Shown piece after piece: positions 29,759-39,238 of a DNA stretch of 64,000 nucleotides. The notes below the pieces were generated by a model. It was not told where the DNA came from. It was given only the letters and a program-made list of their open reading frames with translations, and did not search any database. Position 1 is the first letter of the stretch; each line of letters starts with the position of its first letter. The translations under genes were made by a program, and so were the position numbers. Source of the stretch: an uncultured delta proteobacterium (GTDB lineage: Bacteria > Myxococcota > Myxococcia > Myxococcales > Myxococcaceae); the NCBI GenBank assembly GCA_963776345.1, contig CAVZMH010000015.1, positions 416,001 through 480,000 of the forward strand, in the 5' to 3' direction.

Positions 29759-30754
29759 TCAACGTCCCGCCGGGAGATCGAGCACGGTGAGGAGGCCCGA
29801 CTCCGCGGAGGCGACGCGTGGGGCGGCGTGTACCACGAGCTCCGCGGTGGCCGAGTCCCCCGGGATGCCACCGGTGATGTCGACGGTGAGCCGGGTGTCC
29901 GACTCGATGACGATCCGGTCCCCGGGGGGTTCCGCGCCCAGGGCGAGCATCAGCTCGAGGCGCACCCTCTCCTGCCCGTCCTCGAGGCCAACCACCGTCT
30001 GGCTCACCCCCGCCACCCGGCCGCGCGGGACGACGAACGCGCCCCCGGGGATGTCCTCCTCGGCGATGACCGGGGCGACCTCCTCCTCGTACTCCTCGAC
30101 GTCGAGCCCGAGCCCCAGCGCGCACAGCGCCGCCGACTCCAGCAGGCCCACGTGGCCCACGGCTCCCTCCGCGGCGAGCGCGTCGAACTCCTCCTCGGTG
30201 AGGCCGGCGCCGATCTTCCGCTGCAGCGCCTCGCGGCGCCCCCGCGCGTCCACCACCCGCCGGGCCAGCACGTGGCGCACCGGCCCGAGCGTCTGGCCGA
30301 GGGTGGCGACGAGCCGGTCGAGGACGAAGCCGGGATTCACCCCCGTCCCGAGGACCGAGACGCCGCCGCGCTGGGCGGCCCGCTCCAGCTTCTCGGCCAG
30401 CTGGGGGTGCCGGACCCAGGGGAACGCCAGCTCCTCGCAGGTCGACACCACCGGGTGACCCTCCTTCACCGCCGCCAGCAGCTGCTCGGCGATGGCGGGG
30501 AACGACGACCCGGTGGCGTGCAGCACCACCGGACGGCGACCTTTTCCGGTCCCCCGCCGCAGCGCGGGCTCGACCTCGATCGATGACGACACCCCGAGCA
30601 GGTCCAGTCGCTTGCCCACCAGCGCTGGATGGGTGTCCACGGCGCCGACCAGCATCACCTCCTCGGACCGGAGGGCCGCGCGTGCGATCTCCCGCCCGAT
30701 GGCCCCGAGCCCCATCACCACCACGGGCACCGGACCCGAGTTCGCCCTGGCCAT
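29759..30754 (-). CDS. NAD(P)H-dependent amine dehydrogenase / 2,4-diaminopentanoate dehydrogenase-like (DapB-fold)
   Basis: GLGAIG, HATGS, STCEEL, GTGVNPGF, GDSAT. Confidence 0.75.
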   Translation of the reverse strand: MARANSGPVPVVVMGLGAIGREIARAALRSEEVMLVGAVDTHPALVGKRLDLLGVSSSIEVEPALRRGTGKGRRPVVLHATGSSFPAIAEQLLAAVKEGHPVVSTCEELAFPWVRHPQLAEKLERAAQRGGVSVLGTGVNPGFVLDRLVATLGQTLGPVRHVLARRVVDARGRREALQRKIGAGLTEEEFDALAAEGAVGHVGLLESAALCALGLGLDVEEYEEEVAPVIAEEDIPGGAFVVPRGRVAGVSQTVVGLEDGQERVRLELMLALGAEPPGDRIVIESDTRLTVDITGGIPGDSATAELVVHAAPRVASAESGLLTVLDLPAGR

Positions 30755-30835
30755 GAAGACCGAATCTCCCGCCGTTTCGAGGGGTTGTGGTTTTACGTCC
30801 GGGGGCTCGGGCCGGGCAACGAAAAGTGGAGCCTC

Positions 30836-32932
30836 TCAGGGCGTGAAGAGAACCCAGTCGACGAGTCGATCCCCCTCAACCAGACCATCGAGCGCTTCCA
30901 TTCCGGAGACCACGGTTCCAATGATGGTGTAACGGCCATCCAGGTGCGGCTGGGGCGAGAGCGCGACGAAGAGCTGGCTCCCGCCGGTGTCCTTCCCGGC
31001 CAGGGCCATCCCAACGGTTCCGCGGAGATAGGTGCGCGGGGAGACCTCGCAGGGGATGGTGAAGCCTGGGCCCCCCTCGCCGTCACCGCGCGGGTCGCCC
31101 CCCTGGACCACGAAGTCCGGGACGACGCGGTGGAAGGTGAGCCCGTGGAAGAAGCCCTCCCGCGCGAGGCGGGAGAGCTGGGCCACCGTGGCGGGGGCCG
31201 CGTCGAGCTCGGGGGCGATGACCACCGGCCCCAGCGCGGTCTCGATGCGCCACAGCGTCCCGGCCGGCACCGGGGACGCGGACGGCGCCTCGGCCCGCGC
31301 GGGGACCGAGGGCGCGCGCACCGGCGTCCCCTCGAGGGCGGTGAGCGCGCGTGCCGCCTCGTGGCGGATGTGCGCGTGCGGTGAGCCGAGCCACTGGCGG
31401 AGCAACCCCGAGGCGCCGTCGGGCCTCAGCTTCACCAGCGCGTCGGCGTAGGTCGTGACGACGTCCACCGGGGCCGCGCGGGCCCACGCGAAGATGGCCG
31501 GACCCGACACCTTGTCCCCCAGCGTCGCCAGGGCATCGACGGCCGCCGCCCGGACGATGAGGTCGGGGTCGTCGAGCAGCGGCCGGAGCGCCGGGGTGAG
31601 CTCGGGCGCCTTCGCCGCGGGGACGACGGCCGCCGCGGCCGCGCGGACCTGCGGGGAGGAATGGCGGAGGAAGGGCAGCAGCGCCTTCTGGATCCGCGCC
31701 TCGGCCACGCGGGGGCTGGCCGCGACCGCCTCCAGACCGAGGCGCAGCCGCCGCGGCTCGGGGATCCGATCGTGGCCGCACCGGAGCGTCTCGTCCAGCC
31801 AGCCCCGCTGGCGATCCTCGGCGGCGGCCATGCGGCAGTCGAGCCAGGCGGCGGTGTCGCGGACCGACTCGGGCGCGGTCTCGGCCGCGGAGCGCAAGGT
31901 CGTCCGCAGCCGGACCAGGACCCGGCGCGCGGACTCGGGTACCGGCGCCTGGGCGAGCGCGAGGAGCGGCGGGACGGTCTGCCCCAGCGTCGACGGCCCG
32001 AGCCCGGCCGTTCGGGTCTCGAGCTCGCCCAGCGCCTCCGCCGCCGTGCACGGCCCCGGGGCGCACCGCGTGGCGAGGGTGACGAGGCCGCGAACGGACT
32101 CCGCAGCCACCCGACCGTCCAGGTCCCGGAGCAGGGCCCTCAGCGCCCGCGTGTCCTCGGGGAGGACGACCTCCGCCAGACCCTTGGTCGCCACGGCGCG
32201 GACCTCGGGGTCGTCGTCGCGGAGGGCCCCGAGGAGCACCGGCCGGCTCGCCGGGGTCTTCAGCTGCGCGAGTGCGTACACCCCGGCCCAGCGGTAGGCC
32301 GGCAGCAGGGCCGTCGCCAGCCGCTCCAGCCCGGGCCGGGCGGACTCGGGGACGGGTGCCGCGGCCCGCGCGGCGACACCGAGGGCGATGGCGGCGCGGA
32401 CGGGGACCTCCGAGCGCGGGTCGTTCTCCTCGACCCGCTGGCCGGTCGGAACGGCGAGCAGGAGCGCCAGCCGCGCAAGCGCCGCGGGGGTCCGCACGTG
32501 CCCCAGGGCGTCCACCTCCGCCAGGCGCGCAGCGCCGTCGGTCTCCTTCGCCTCGGCCTCGAGGAGCGCCCTCCCCAGGAGGTCCCGGGTCTCGTCCGGC
32601 ACGGGCTCCCAGGCGAGTGCGAGCTCCCCGGCCGCGAACGCGGCGGCGGCGCGGACGGGGGCCGACGCGTCGCCGAGCGCCTCGGCGACGGTGGGGCCGG
32701 TGCGGAGGTCCTGGACGCGGGCGAGCGCCAGGAGCGCCCGCGCGCGCACCGAGGGGTCGGCGTGCAGCCGGGCCCGCGAGACGAGGACGTCGCCCCGGGT
32801 GTCGCGGGCGAGCTCCAGCTCGGCGATGCGCGCACGCTCGAGCGCGGCGAAGTCGGTGGACGGCTGCCTGGCGGGCGCGGTGGCGCAGCCGAGCACGAAG
32901 GAGACGAGCACCCCCCAGCCACGGACCCGCAT
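30836..32932 (-). CDS. Lipoprotein with HEAT repeats and C-terminal cyclophilin PPIase
   Basis: VLGC lipobox; HEAT repeats (DDDPEVR, DDPDLIVR); FHRVVPDFVVQGGDP, GKDTGGSQ, HLDGRYT. Confidence 0.88.
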   Translation of the reverse strand: MRVRGWGVLVSFVLGCATAPARQPSTDFAALERARIAELELARDTRGDVLVSRARLHADPSVRARALLALARVQDLRTGPTVAEALGDASAPVRAAAAFAAGELALAWEPVPDETRDLLGRALLEAEAKETDGAARLAEVDALGHVRTPAALARLALLLAVPTGQRVEENDPRSEVPVRAAIALGVAARAAAPVPESARPGLERLATALLPAYRWAGVYALAQLKTPASRPVLLGALRDDDPEVRAVATKGLAEVVLPEDTRALRALLRDLDGRVAAESVRGLVTLATRCAPGPCTAAEALGELETRTAGLGPSTLGQTVPPLLALAQAPVPESARRVLVRLRTTLRSAAETAPESVRDTAAWLDCRMAAAEDRQRGWLDETLRCGHDRIPEPRRLRLGLEAVAASPRVAEARIQKALLPFLRHSSPQVRAAAAAVVPAAKAPELTPALRPLLDDPDLIVRAAAVDALATLGDKVSGPAIFAWARAAPVDVVTTYADALVKLRPDGASGLLRQWLGSPHAHIRHEAARALTALEGTPVRAPSVPARAEAPSASPVPAGTLWRIETALGPVVIAPELDAAPATVAQLSRLAREGFFHGLTFHRVVPDFVVQGGDPRGDGEGGPGFTIPCEVSPRTYLRGTVGMALAGKDTGGSQLFVALSPQPHLDGRYTIIGTVVSGMEALDGLVEGDRLVDWVLFTP

Positions 32933-33097
32933 GGGACAGACGTTTGCACGCGGCACGGCCCCGCGTCAGCTTCCTTTCCGCCGGCTGGGCAGACTCGACG
33001 ATGGTTCGGTTCCCGAACGAACCTTCTCCCGCTCCCCGGGGGTCGACACGTGGACCACGCGCCGGCTCCGCTGCGAGGCGCGGTAGACTCGTTCCTC

Positions 33098-35812
33098 ATG
33101 AGGGGTGGAGTGGCAGAGCCGGCACGGGAGAAGGCCGCGGGGGAGGCCCCGCTCACGCGGTTTCATCAGCGGCTGCTGGCCGAGGAGCTGGCGCTCAAGG
33201 GAGGGCGGGCCACCGACCGGCTCGCCTCGGCGCTCTCCGAGGCCCGGGTGGACCTCAATCCGCACCAGGTGGAGGCGGCGGCCTTCGCGCTGGAGTCGCT
33301 GCCCCGGGGCGGCTGCATGCTCGCCGACGAGGTGGGGCTCGGAAAGACCATCGAGGCCGGCATCGTCCTCGCCCAGCTGGTGGCCGAGGGGAAGGGCCGG
33401 ATCCTCGTCCTCACCCCGGCCACGCTCCGCGCCCAGTGGCAGGCCGAGATGCAGGACAAGTTCGACCTCCAGACGGTGGTGGTCGACGGGCGCGCCGTGC
33501 GGGCCGGCCACAACCCGTTCCAGCAGCCCGTGCCGGTCATCTCCAGCCACCCCTTCGCCGCCGGCCGCGCCGAGCTGGTCCGCCAGCTCCCCTGGGACCT
33601 GGTGGTCATCGACGAGGCGCACCGGCTCCGCAACGCCCACCGGACCGGGAACAAGATCGCCCGCGCGCTCCGGGACGCGCTGCGCGACCGCCCGAAGCTG
33701 CTCCTCACCGCCACCCCGCTCCAGAACGAGCTGATGGAGCTCTTCGGGCTGCTCTCGTTCCTCGACGAGCAGATCCTCGGCCCCGAGCACGCCTTCAAGA
33801 GCCGCTACCAGGTCGACCCCGAGGCCGGCGCCATCCCCGACGGGCCGGCCCAGGATCTGCGCGAGCGCCTGTCCCCGGTGGTGCACCGGACGCTGCGCCG
33901 GCAGGTCCGCGAGTACGTCCGCTTCACCAACCGCCGGAGCATGGTGGAGGACTTCGCGCCCTCCGAGGACGAGCAGTCGCTCTACGACGAGGTCTCCGAG
34001 TACCTCCGGCGCACGGAGGCCGCGGCCATCGAGCCCGGGAAGAGGACCCTGCTCACGCTGGTCTACCGGAAGCTCCTCGCCTCCTCGACCTACGCCATCG
34101 CCCCCACGCTGCGGCGCCTGGCGGAGAGCCTTCGCAAGCGCATCGACGCGGGGAGGCGCGGGGCGGAGGCACTGGGGCCTGGGCTCCTCGAGCCCGAGGA
34201 GGCCAGCGACTGGGCCGAGGAGGCCGAGGCCTGGGGAGACGAGCCGGGCCGCCCCACCCCGCCCCACCTGGCCACGCTCGAGGCCGAGGCCTTCGACCTC
34301 GAGCGCTACGCCGCGCGCGCCGAGTCCATCCGGGTCAACGCCAAGGGCGAGGCGCTGAAGCGCGCCCTGGACCGGCTCTTCACCGTGGCCCGCGCGCACC
34401 AGTGGCCGGAGAAGGCGGTGGTCTTCACCGAGTCGCGGCGGACGCAGGCGTACCTCGCCGAGCTGCTCGCCGCACACGGCTGGGCGGGGCGTATCTCGCT
34501 CCTCTCGGGGGACGCCGGCACGCCCGAGGAGCGGCAGGCGCTGGTGGACGAGTTCCGCGAGCGCACGCAGATCCTCCTCTCCACCGAGGCCGGCGCAGAG
34601 GGTCTCAACCTCCAGTTCTGCAACCTGGTCGTCAACTACGACCTGCCCTGGAACCCGCAGCGCATCGAGCAGCGCATCGGCCGCTGCCACCGCTACGGGC
34701 AGCAGCGCGACGTCCTGGTGCTCAACTTCCTCAACCGGCAGAACGCCGCCGACGCCCGGCTCTACGAGCTGCTGGAGCGAAAGCTGCACCTCTTCGACGG
34801 CGTGTTCGGCGCCTCGGACGAGATCCTCGGCGCGCTGGAGACCGGCATCGACTTCGAGCGCCGGGTGCTGGACATCTACCAGTCCTGCCGGTCGACCGAG
34901 GAGATCACCCGGGCCTTCGACGCGCTCCGCGAAGATCTGGAATTCCGCATCGACGCACGGATGACGCAGGCCCGATCGCTCCTGCTGGAGCGGTTCGACG
35001 GCGAGGTGCGGCGGCGGCTCCGGCTCGCCGGCGAGGAGGCCGAGGCGGCGGTGGACCGGCACCGCCGCAACGCGCGCACCTTCGCCCGGCAGGTGCTGGG
35101 GAAGGACGCCCGCGGGCGCCGGGTGAGCGAGGCCGCGAGCGCGGTGCGCTCCAGCCCCCCGGACGGGGTGCACTGGCTCCAGCTCGATGCCTCGGCGCTG
35201 CCGTCCCGGCTGGCCCGGCTCGCCGGCGGCGAGGGCTGGTGGTTCGTCTACCGCTTCGAGGCGACCGGGCTGCTCCCCGGGGAGCGGCTTCTCCACGTGG
35301 TCCTGCTCCGCGAGCGCGACGGCTTCCGGCCGCTCCCGCCCGAGGACGGGGCGCTGCTGGCCCGGGTGCCGGCGCGCGACGGACAGCCTCGGCCCCCGGC
35401 GCCGGTGTCGGTCGCCCAGGCCCAGGAGCAGGCGCTGGCCGCCGCCCGCGAGACACTGCTCCGCGAGGCCGAGCGGAGGAACCAGCTCGAGCTGGACCGG
35501 CTCCGCGAGCAGGCCGACCGCTACGCCGAGGACTGCCTCCTCGAGGCCCGCGAGGCGCTGGCCCGGTCGCGGGCGGCGTGGGAGGAGGCGCGGACGCGGC
35601 TCGCCGGGCTCGAGGACGGGACCGAGCGGGCGCGGGCCCGCGCGGCCATCGAGCGGGCCGAGCGCGACCATCGCCGCCGCCTGGCCGCGCTGCGCAGCGA
35701 GGAGGAAACGCGCTACGGGCTCAAGGACCGAAGCCTGGCCGAGCTCGCCGCGCGGGCCAAGGTGGTGGACCGGCGGGCCCTGGTCGGCACCGCGTACTTC
35801 TGGTTGAGCTGA
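33098..35812 (+). CDS. SNF2-family helicase/ATPase
   Basis: LADEVGLGKT, DEAH, LTATP, EGLNLQ, WNPQRIEQRIGR; coiled-coil C-terminus. Confidence 0.92.
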   Translation: MRGGVAEPAREKAAGEAPLTRFHQRLLAEELALKGGRATDRLASALSEARVDLNPHQVEAAAFALESLPRGGCMLADEVGLGKTIEAGIVLAQLVAEGKGRILVLTPATLRAQWQAEMQDKFDLQTVVVDGRAVRAGHNPFQQPVPVISSHPFAAGRAELVRQLPWDLVVIDEAHRLRNAHRTGNKIARALRDALRDRPKLLLTATPLQNELMELFGLLSFLDEQILGPEHAFKSRYQVDPEAGAIPDGPAQDLRERLSPVVHRTLRRQVREYVRFTNRRSMVEDFAPSEDEQSLYDEVSEYLRRTEAAAIEPGKRTLLTLVYRKLLASSTYAIAPTLRRLAESLRKRIDAGRRGAEALGPGLLEPEEASDWAEEAEAWGDEPGRPTPPHLATLEAEAFDLERYAARAESIRVNAKGEALKRALDRLFTVARAHQWPEKAVVFTESRRTQAYLAELLAAHGWAGRISLLSGDAGTPEERQALVDEFRERTQILLSTEAGAEGLNLQFCNLVVNYDLPWNPQRIEQRIGRCHRYGQQRDVLVLNFLNRQNAADARLYELLERKLHLFDGVFGASDEILGALETGIDFERRVLDIYQSCRSTEEITRAFDALREDLEFRIDARMTQARSLLLERFDGEVRRRLRLAGEEAEAAVDRHRRNARTFARQVLGKDARGRRVSEAASAVRSSPPDGVHWLQLDASALPSRLARLAGGEGWWFVYRFEATGLLPGERLLHVVLLRERDGFRPLPPEDGALLARVPARDGQPRPPAPVSVAQAQEQALAAARETLLREAERRNQLELDRLREQADRYAEDCLLEAREALARSRAAWEEARTRLAGLEDGTERARARAAIERAERDHRRRLAALRSEEETRYGLKDRSLAELAARAKVVDRRALVGTAYFWLS

Positions 35813-35855
35813 CGCCTTCGACGGGTGGCCCGCGGGTGGGCCTCGGCCTGGCCGC

Positions 35856-36773
35856 CTAGATCTGCAGCCGGAGCGCGCCGGGGAGCAGCTCGAAGGTGGC
35901 GGGGAGTCGGCCCGGCTGCTCGCCGTCGACGTCGAGGAGGACCTCCTCGTCGCTCGTCGCCTCGAGCCGGCGGCACCTCAGGGTCCGGGTCCCCGCCCAG
36001 CGGACGTGGCGCCCGTCGTAGACCGAGGCCGACTTCAGGGCGAAGTCCTTCAGGTGGTAGCCGCTCCAGATGGTCACGTCGAACTGGCCGTCGAACGGAT
36101 CCGCCTCCGGGGCGACCCGCATCCCGCCGCCGAAGTATTGCCCGTTGGCGACGGCGAGGGTGGTGATGGCCAGCGACTCCTCGGGTCCTCCGTCCACGCG
36201 GATGCGGACCCTCTGGTCGTGCCAGCCGACGAGGGTGCGCACGCTGGCGACGAAGAAGCTGACCTTCCCGCCGAGGAGCTTGCTGCCGGAGTTGACCGCC
36301 CGATCCACCCGACCGCTCACCCCGAAGCTGGCCACGTTGACGAAGTGGCGCTCGCCGGGCGTGCCGTCGGGCCGGGTGAAGTGGACGCGGCCGATGTCGA
36401 GCGGCCGGACCTCGCCCCGGAGTCGGGCGCACGTTTCCCGGAGCGAGCCGTCCAGGCCGAAGGTCCGGCGGAAGTCCCCGCCGGTCCCGCGGGGCACCAG
36501 GGCGATGCAGGCGTCGGCTGGGACCCCGCCCTCGGCCTGGAAGAACCCGTTCACCACCTCGTTGAGCGTGCCATCCCCGCCCACGGCCACGATGCGGCGG
36601 AAGCCCTTTCGGAGCGCCTCCGCGGTGAGCGCGGCGGCGTGCATCGGTCGCTCGGTGAAGGCGTGCTCCGCCCCATCTCCGATGGCCCGCAGCACCTCGG
36701 CGCGGATCTCCGGCCACCGACGACCGGTCGCGCCGCCGGCGCTCTCGGGATTGACCACCAGGAAGGTGCGCAT
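35856..36773 (-). CDS. Diacylglycerol kinase family lipid kinase (YegS/DagK-like)
   Basis: VNP, GGDGTLNEVVNG, GTGGDF, NGQYFGGG, VDGE. Confidence 0.92.
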   Translation of the reverse strand: MRTFLVVNPESAGGATGRRWPEIRAEVLRAIGDGAEHAFTERPMHAAALTAEALRKGFRRIVAVGGDGTLNEVVNGFFQAEGGVPADACIALVPRGTGGDFRRTFGLDGSLRETCARLRGEVRPLDIGRVHFTRPDGTPGERHFVNVASFGVSGRVDRAVNSGSKLLGGKVSFFVASVRTLVGWHDQRVRIRVDGGPEESLAITTLAVANGQYFGGGMRVAPEADPFDGQFDVTIWSGYHLKDFALKSASVYDGRHVRWAGTRTLRCRRLEATSDEEVLLDVDGEQPGRLPATFELLPGALRLQI

Positions 36774-36903
36774 CGCCCCTGTGGCCGACTGTGGCACGCG
36801 GTCGGATAGGCGCTGGCAAGAAAGTGCGGTTGACGCTGCGCGCCACCCCGGCCCGCCTCAGGGAGGGCGCCTGTTCCTTCGACTCTCAGCCCACCGCGTT
36901 AGC

Positions 36904-37356
36904 ATGCGACCCCGCGTGGAAGCTGGAGACGACGAGCGCTGGGTGCTCCTGGCCGAGGACGACGGCGCGCTCCGCTTCCTCCTCGCCTCGGTGCTCCGCA
37001 AGGACGGTCACCGGGTGCTCGAGGTTCCCGATGGTGAGCAGCTGGTGGTGGCCCACGCCGCGCTCCCGCCGGGCCGGAGCGGACGGACGGTGGTGCTGAG
37101 CGACATGTCGATGCCGGTCCGGAGCGGGCTCGAGGCGGTGGAGGAGATCCAGCGCCGCGAGCCCGGGCTGGGCATCATCCTCATGGGCGCCTTCCTCGAG
37201 CCGGCGGATGCGCCGCGGGCGGCCGCGCTCGGCGCGGCGTTCCTCACCAAGCCGTTCGAGCTGGCGAGGATGCGCGCGCTCGTCCGGCGGCTGGTGGCCA
37301 CGCCCGGGGCCCGGGCGGTCGACCTGGTCGACGCGCCGGACGAGTCCCGGGCCTGA
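36904..37356 (+). CDS. Single-domain response regulator
   Basis: LAEDD, SDMSMP, SGLE, TKPF. Confidence 0.8.
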   Translation: MRPRVEAGDDERWVLLAEDDGALRFLLASVLRKDGHRVLEVPDGEQLVVAHAALPPGRSGRTVVLSDMSMPVRSGLEAVEEIQRREPGLGIILMGAFLEPADAPRAAALGAAFLTKPFELARMRALVRRLVATPGARAVDLVDAPDESRA

Positions 37357-37365
37357 CTCCCGCGC

Positions 37366-39186
37366 TCAGGACTTCGTCGGGGGCACCGAGCGGACGTGGA
37401 CCTCGCGGAGCTGCTGCTCGTCCACCTCGCCCGGGGCGCCGGTCATGCTGTCGGTGCCGGTCTTGGTCTTGGGGAAGGGGATGACCTCCCGGAGCGACTC
37501 GGCGCCGGTGAGGAGCATCGCCAGCCGGTCCATGCCCAGGGCGATGCCCCCGTGCGGCGGGGCGCCGTAGCGGAGGGCGTCCAGGAGGAACCCGAACTTG
37601 TTCCGGGCCTCCTCCTCGCCGATGCCCAGCGCGGCGAAGACCTCGGCCTGCACCCGCGGGTCGTGGAGCCGGATGCTGCCGCCGCCGATCTCGAAGCCGT
37701 TGAGCACCACGTCGTAGCGCCAGCACTTCACCCGTCCCGGGTCGGTACGGAGGTACTGCACGTCGGCGTCGTGCGGGCGGGTGAAGGCGTGGTGCGCGGC
37801 CACCCAGGTCCGGCGCTCCTCGTCGTACTCGAAGAGCGGCGGGTCCACGACCCAGAGGAACTCCCACTTGCCGCCGGAGCCGACCTCCGGAATCAGCCCC
37901 AGCTTCTTGGCGACGTGCACCCGGAGGTTGGCCATCACCGTGTGGACCAGCGAGGCCCGCCCGAACTGGAAGACGAGGAGGTCGCCCGGCTTCGCTCCGC
38001 AGGCCTCGTTGATCGCCGCCCGGAGCGCCGGGGAGATGGTCTTCGCCAGGGGCGACTGGGTCCACTCGCCGCCCTCCCCCATCTTGGCCCGGGCGAGGCC
38101 GCGGGCGCCGCTGCCCTTGGCGAACTCCTCCAGCTTGTCGGCCTCGGCGCGCGAGAGGGGGTGCGCGGCCGGGATGACCATCGCCTTGACGATGCCGCCC
38201 TGCTGCACCGCCTCGAGGAGCATCGGGACGCCGCCCTCGCCGCCGTGGGCGGTGACCAGGTCGGTGAGCACCACGTGCTCCAGCCCGAAGCGCAGGTCCG
38301 GCTTGTCGTTGCCGTACCTGGCCATCGACTCGTCGAACGGCATCCGGCGGAACGGCGCGGGGATGTCGACCCCGAGGATCTCCTTCCACAGCCGGACGAT
38401 GAGCTTCTCGACGACGGCAAACACGTCGTCCTGGCTGACGAAGCTCATCTCGAGGTCCACCTGTGTGAACTCGGGCTGCCGGTCGAGCCGGAGGTCCTCG
38501 TCGCGGAAGCACTTGACGATCTGGAAGTACCGGTCGAACCCCGCGACCATGAACAGCTGCTTGTAGAGCTGGGGGCTCTCGGCCAGGGCGTAGAACTTCC
38601 CGGGGTTGAGCCGGCTGGGAACGAGGAAGTTCCGCGCGCCGCCGGGCGTGTACTTGCCCATGAACGGAGTCTCGAGCTCGAGGAAGCCCTGCTCCACCAG
38701 CGTGCTCCGGGTGATGGCGTTCATCCGCGAGCGGGTGACCAGCGACTGCTGGAGCGGCCGGCGGCGCAGGTCGAGGTAGCGGTGGATGAGCCGCTTCTCC
38801 TCGGCGGTGTCGATCTTGTCCTCGATGGGGAACGGGGTGGGCTCGCTCCGGTTGAAGACGGTGAGGGCGGTGGCCTTCACCTCGATCTCCCCGGTCTTCA
38901 TCTTGGGGTTCACGTTGGCGCCGCGGCTGGCCACGGTGCCTTGCACGCCCATGCACCACTCGAGGCGCAGGGTCCCGGCGAGCGCGTGGGCCTCGGGGTC
39001 GATGTCCGGCTCGAAGACCACCTGGGTGAGCCCGTGCCGGTCGCGCAGGTCGATGAACACCGCCCCGCCGTGGTCGCGGCGGTTCTGGACCCAGCCGAAC
39101 AGGACGACGGACTTCCCCACGTCCTTGCCGGAGAGCTCTCCGCAGGAATGGGTGCGCTTGACCTCGGTGATGAAGGGAACGGACAT
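37366..39186 (-). CDS. aspS: Aspartate--tRNA ligase (likely non-discriminating Asp/Asn type)
   Basis: RTHSCG, RRDHGG, FRDEDLR, QPEFTQ, GGGSIR, PPHGGIALG. Confidence 0.96.
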   Translation of the reverse strand: MSVPFITEVKRTHSCGELSGKDVGKSVVLFGWVQNRRDHGGAVFIDLRDRHGLTQVVFEPDIDPEAHALAGTLRLEWCMGVQGTVASRGANVNPKMKTGEIEVKATALTVFNRSEPTPFPIEDKIDTAEEKRLIHRYLDLRRRPLQQSLVTRSRMNAITRSTLVEQGFLELETPFMGKYTPGGARNFLVPSRLNPGKFYALAESPQLYKQLFMVAGFDRYFQIVKCFRDEDLRLDRQPEFTQVDLEMSFVSQDDVFAVVEKLIVRLWKEILGVDIPAPFRRMPFDESMARYGNDKPDLRFGLEHVVLTDLVTAHGGEGGVPMLLEAVQQGGIVKAMVIPAAHPLSRAEADKLEEFAKGSGARGLARAKMGEGGEWTQSPLAKTISPALRAAINEACGAKPGDLLVFQFGRASLVHTVMANLRVHVAKKLGLIPEVGSGGKWEFLWVVDPPLFEYDEERRTWVAAHHAFTRPHDADVQYLRTDPGRVKCWRYDVVLNGFEIGGGSIRLHDPRVQAEVFAALGIGEEEARNKFGFLLDALRYGAPPHGGIALGMDRLAMLLTGAESLREVIPFPKTKTGTDSMTGAPGEVDEQQLREVHVRSVPPTKS

Positions 39187-39238
39187 GGAAGCGACGCAAC
39201 CTAGCGCGACGCCTGTGCTGCCGCTACGCGTCATCGGG

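Noticed and set aside
33003..33023. Inverted repeat GGTTCGGTTCCCGAACGAACC upstream of the SNF2 gene as an SOS box
   Set aside because: Does not match LexA consensus sequences I know; single short hairpin
36814..36827. Sigma54-like TGGCAAGAAAGTGC
   Set aside because: GG-to-GC spacing is 9 nt rather than the required 10
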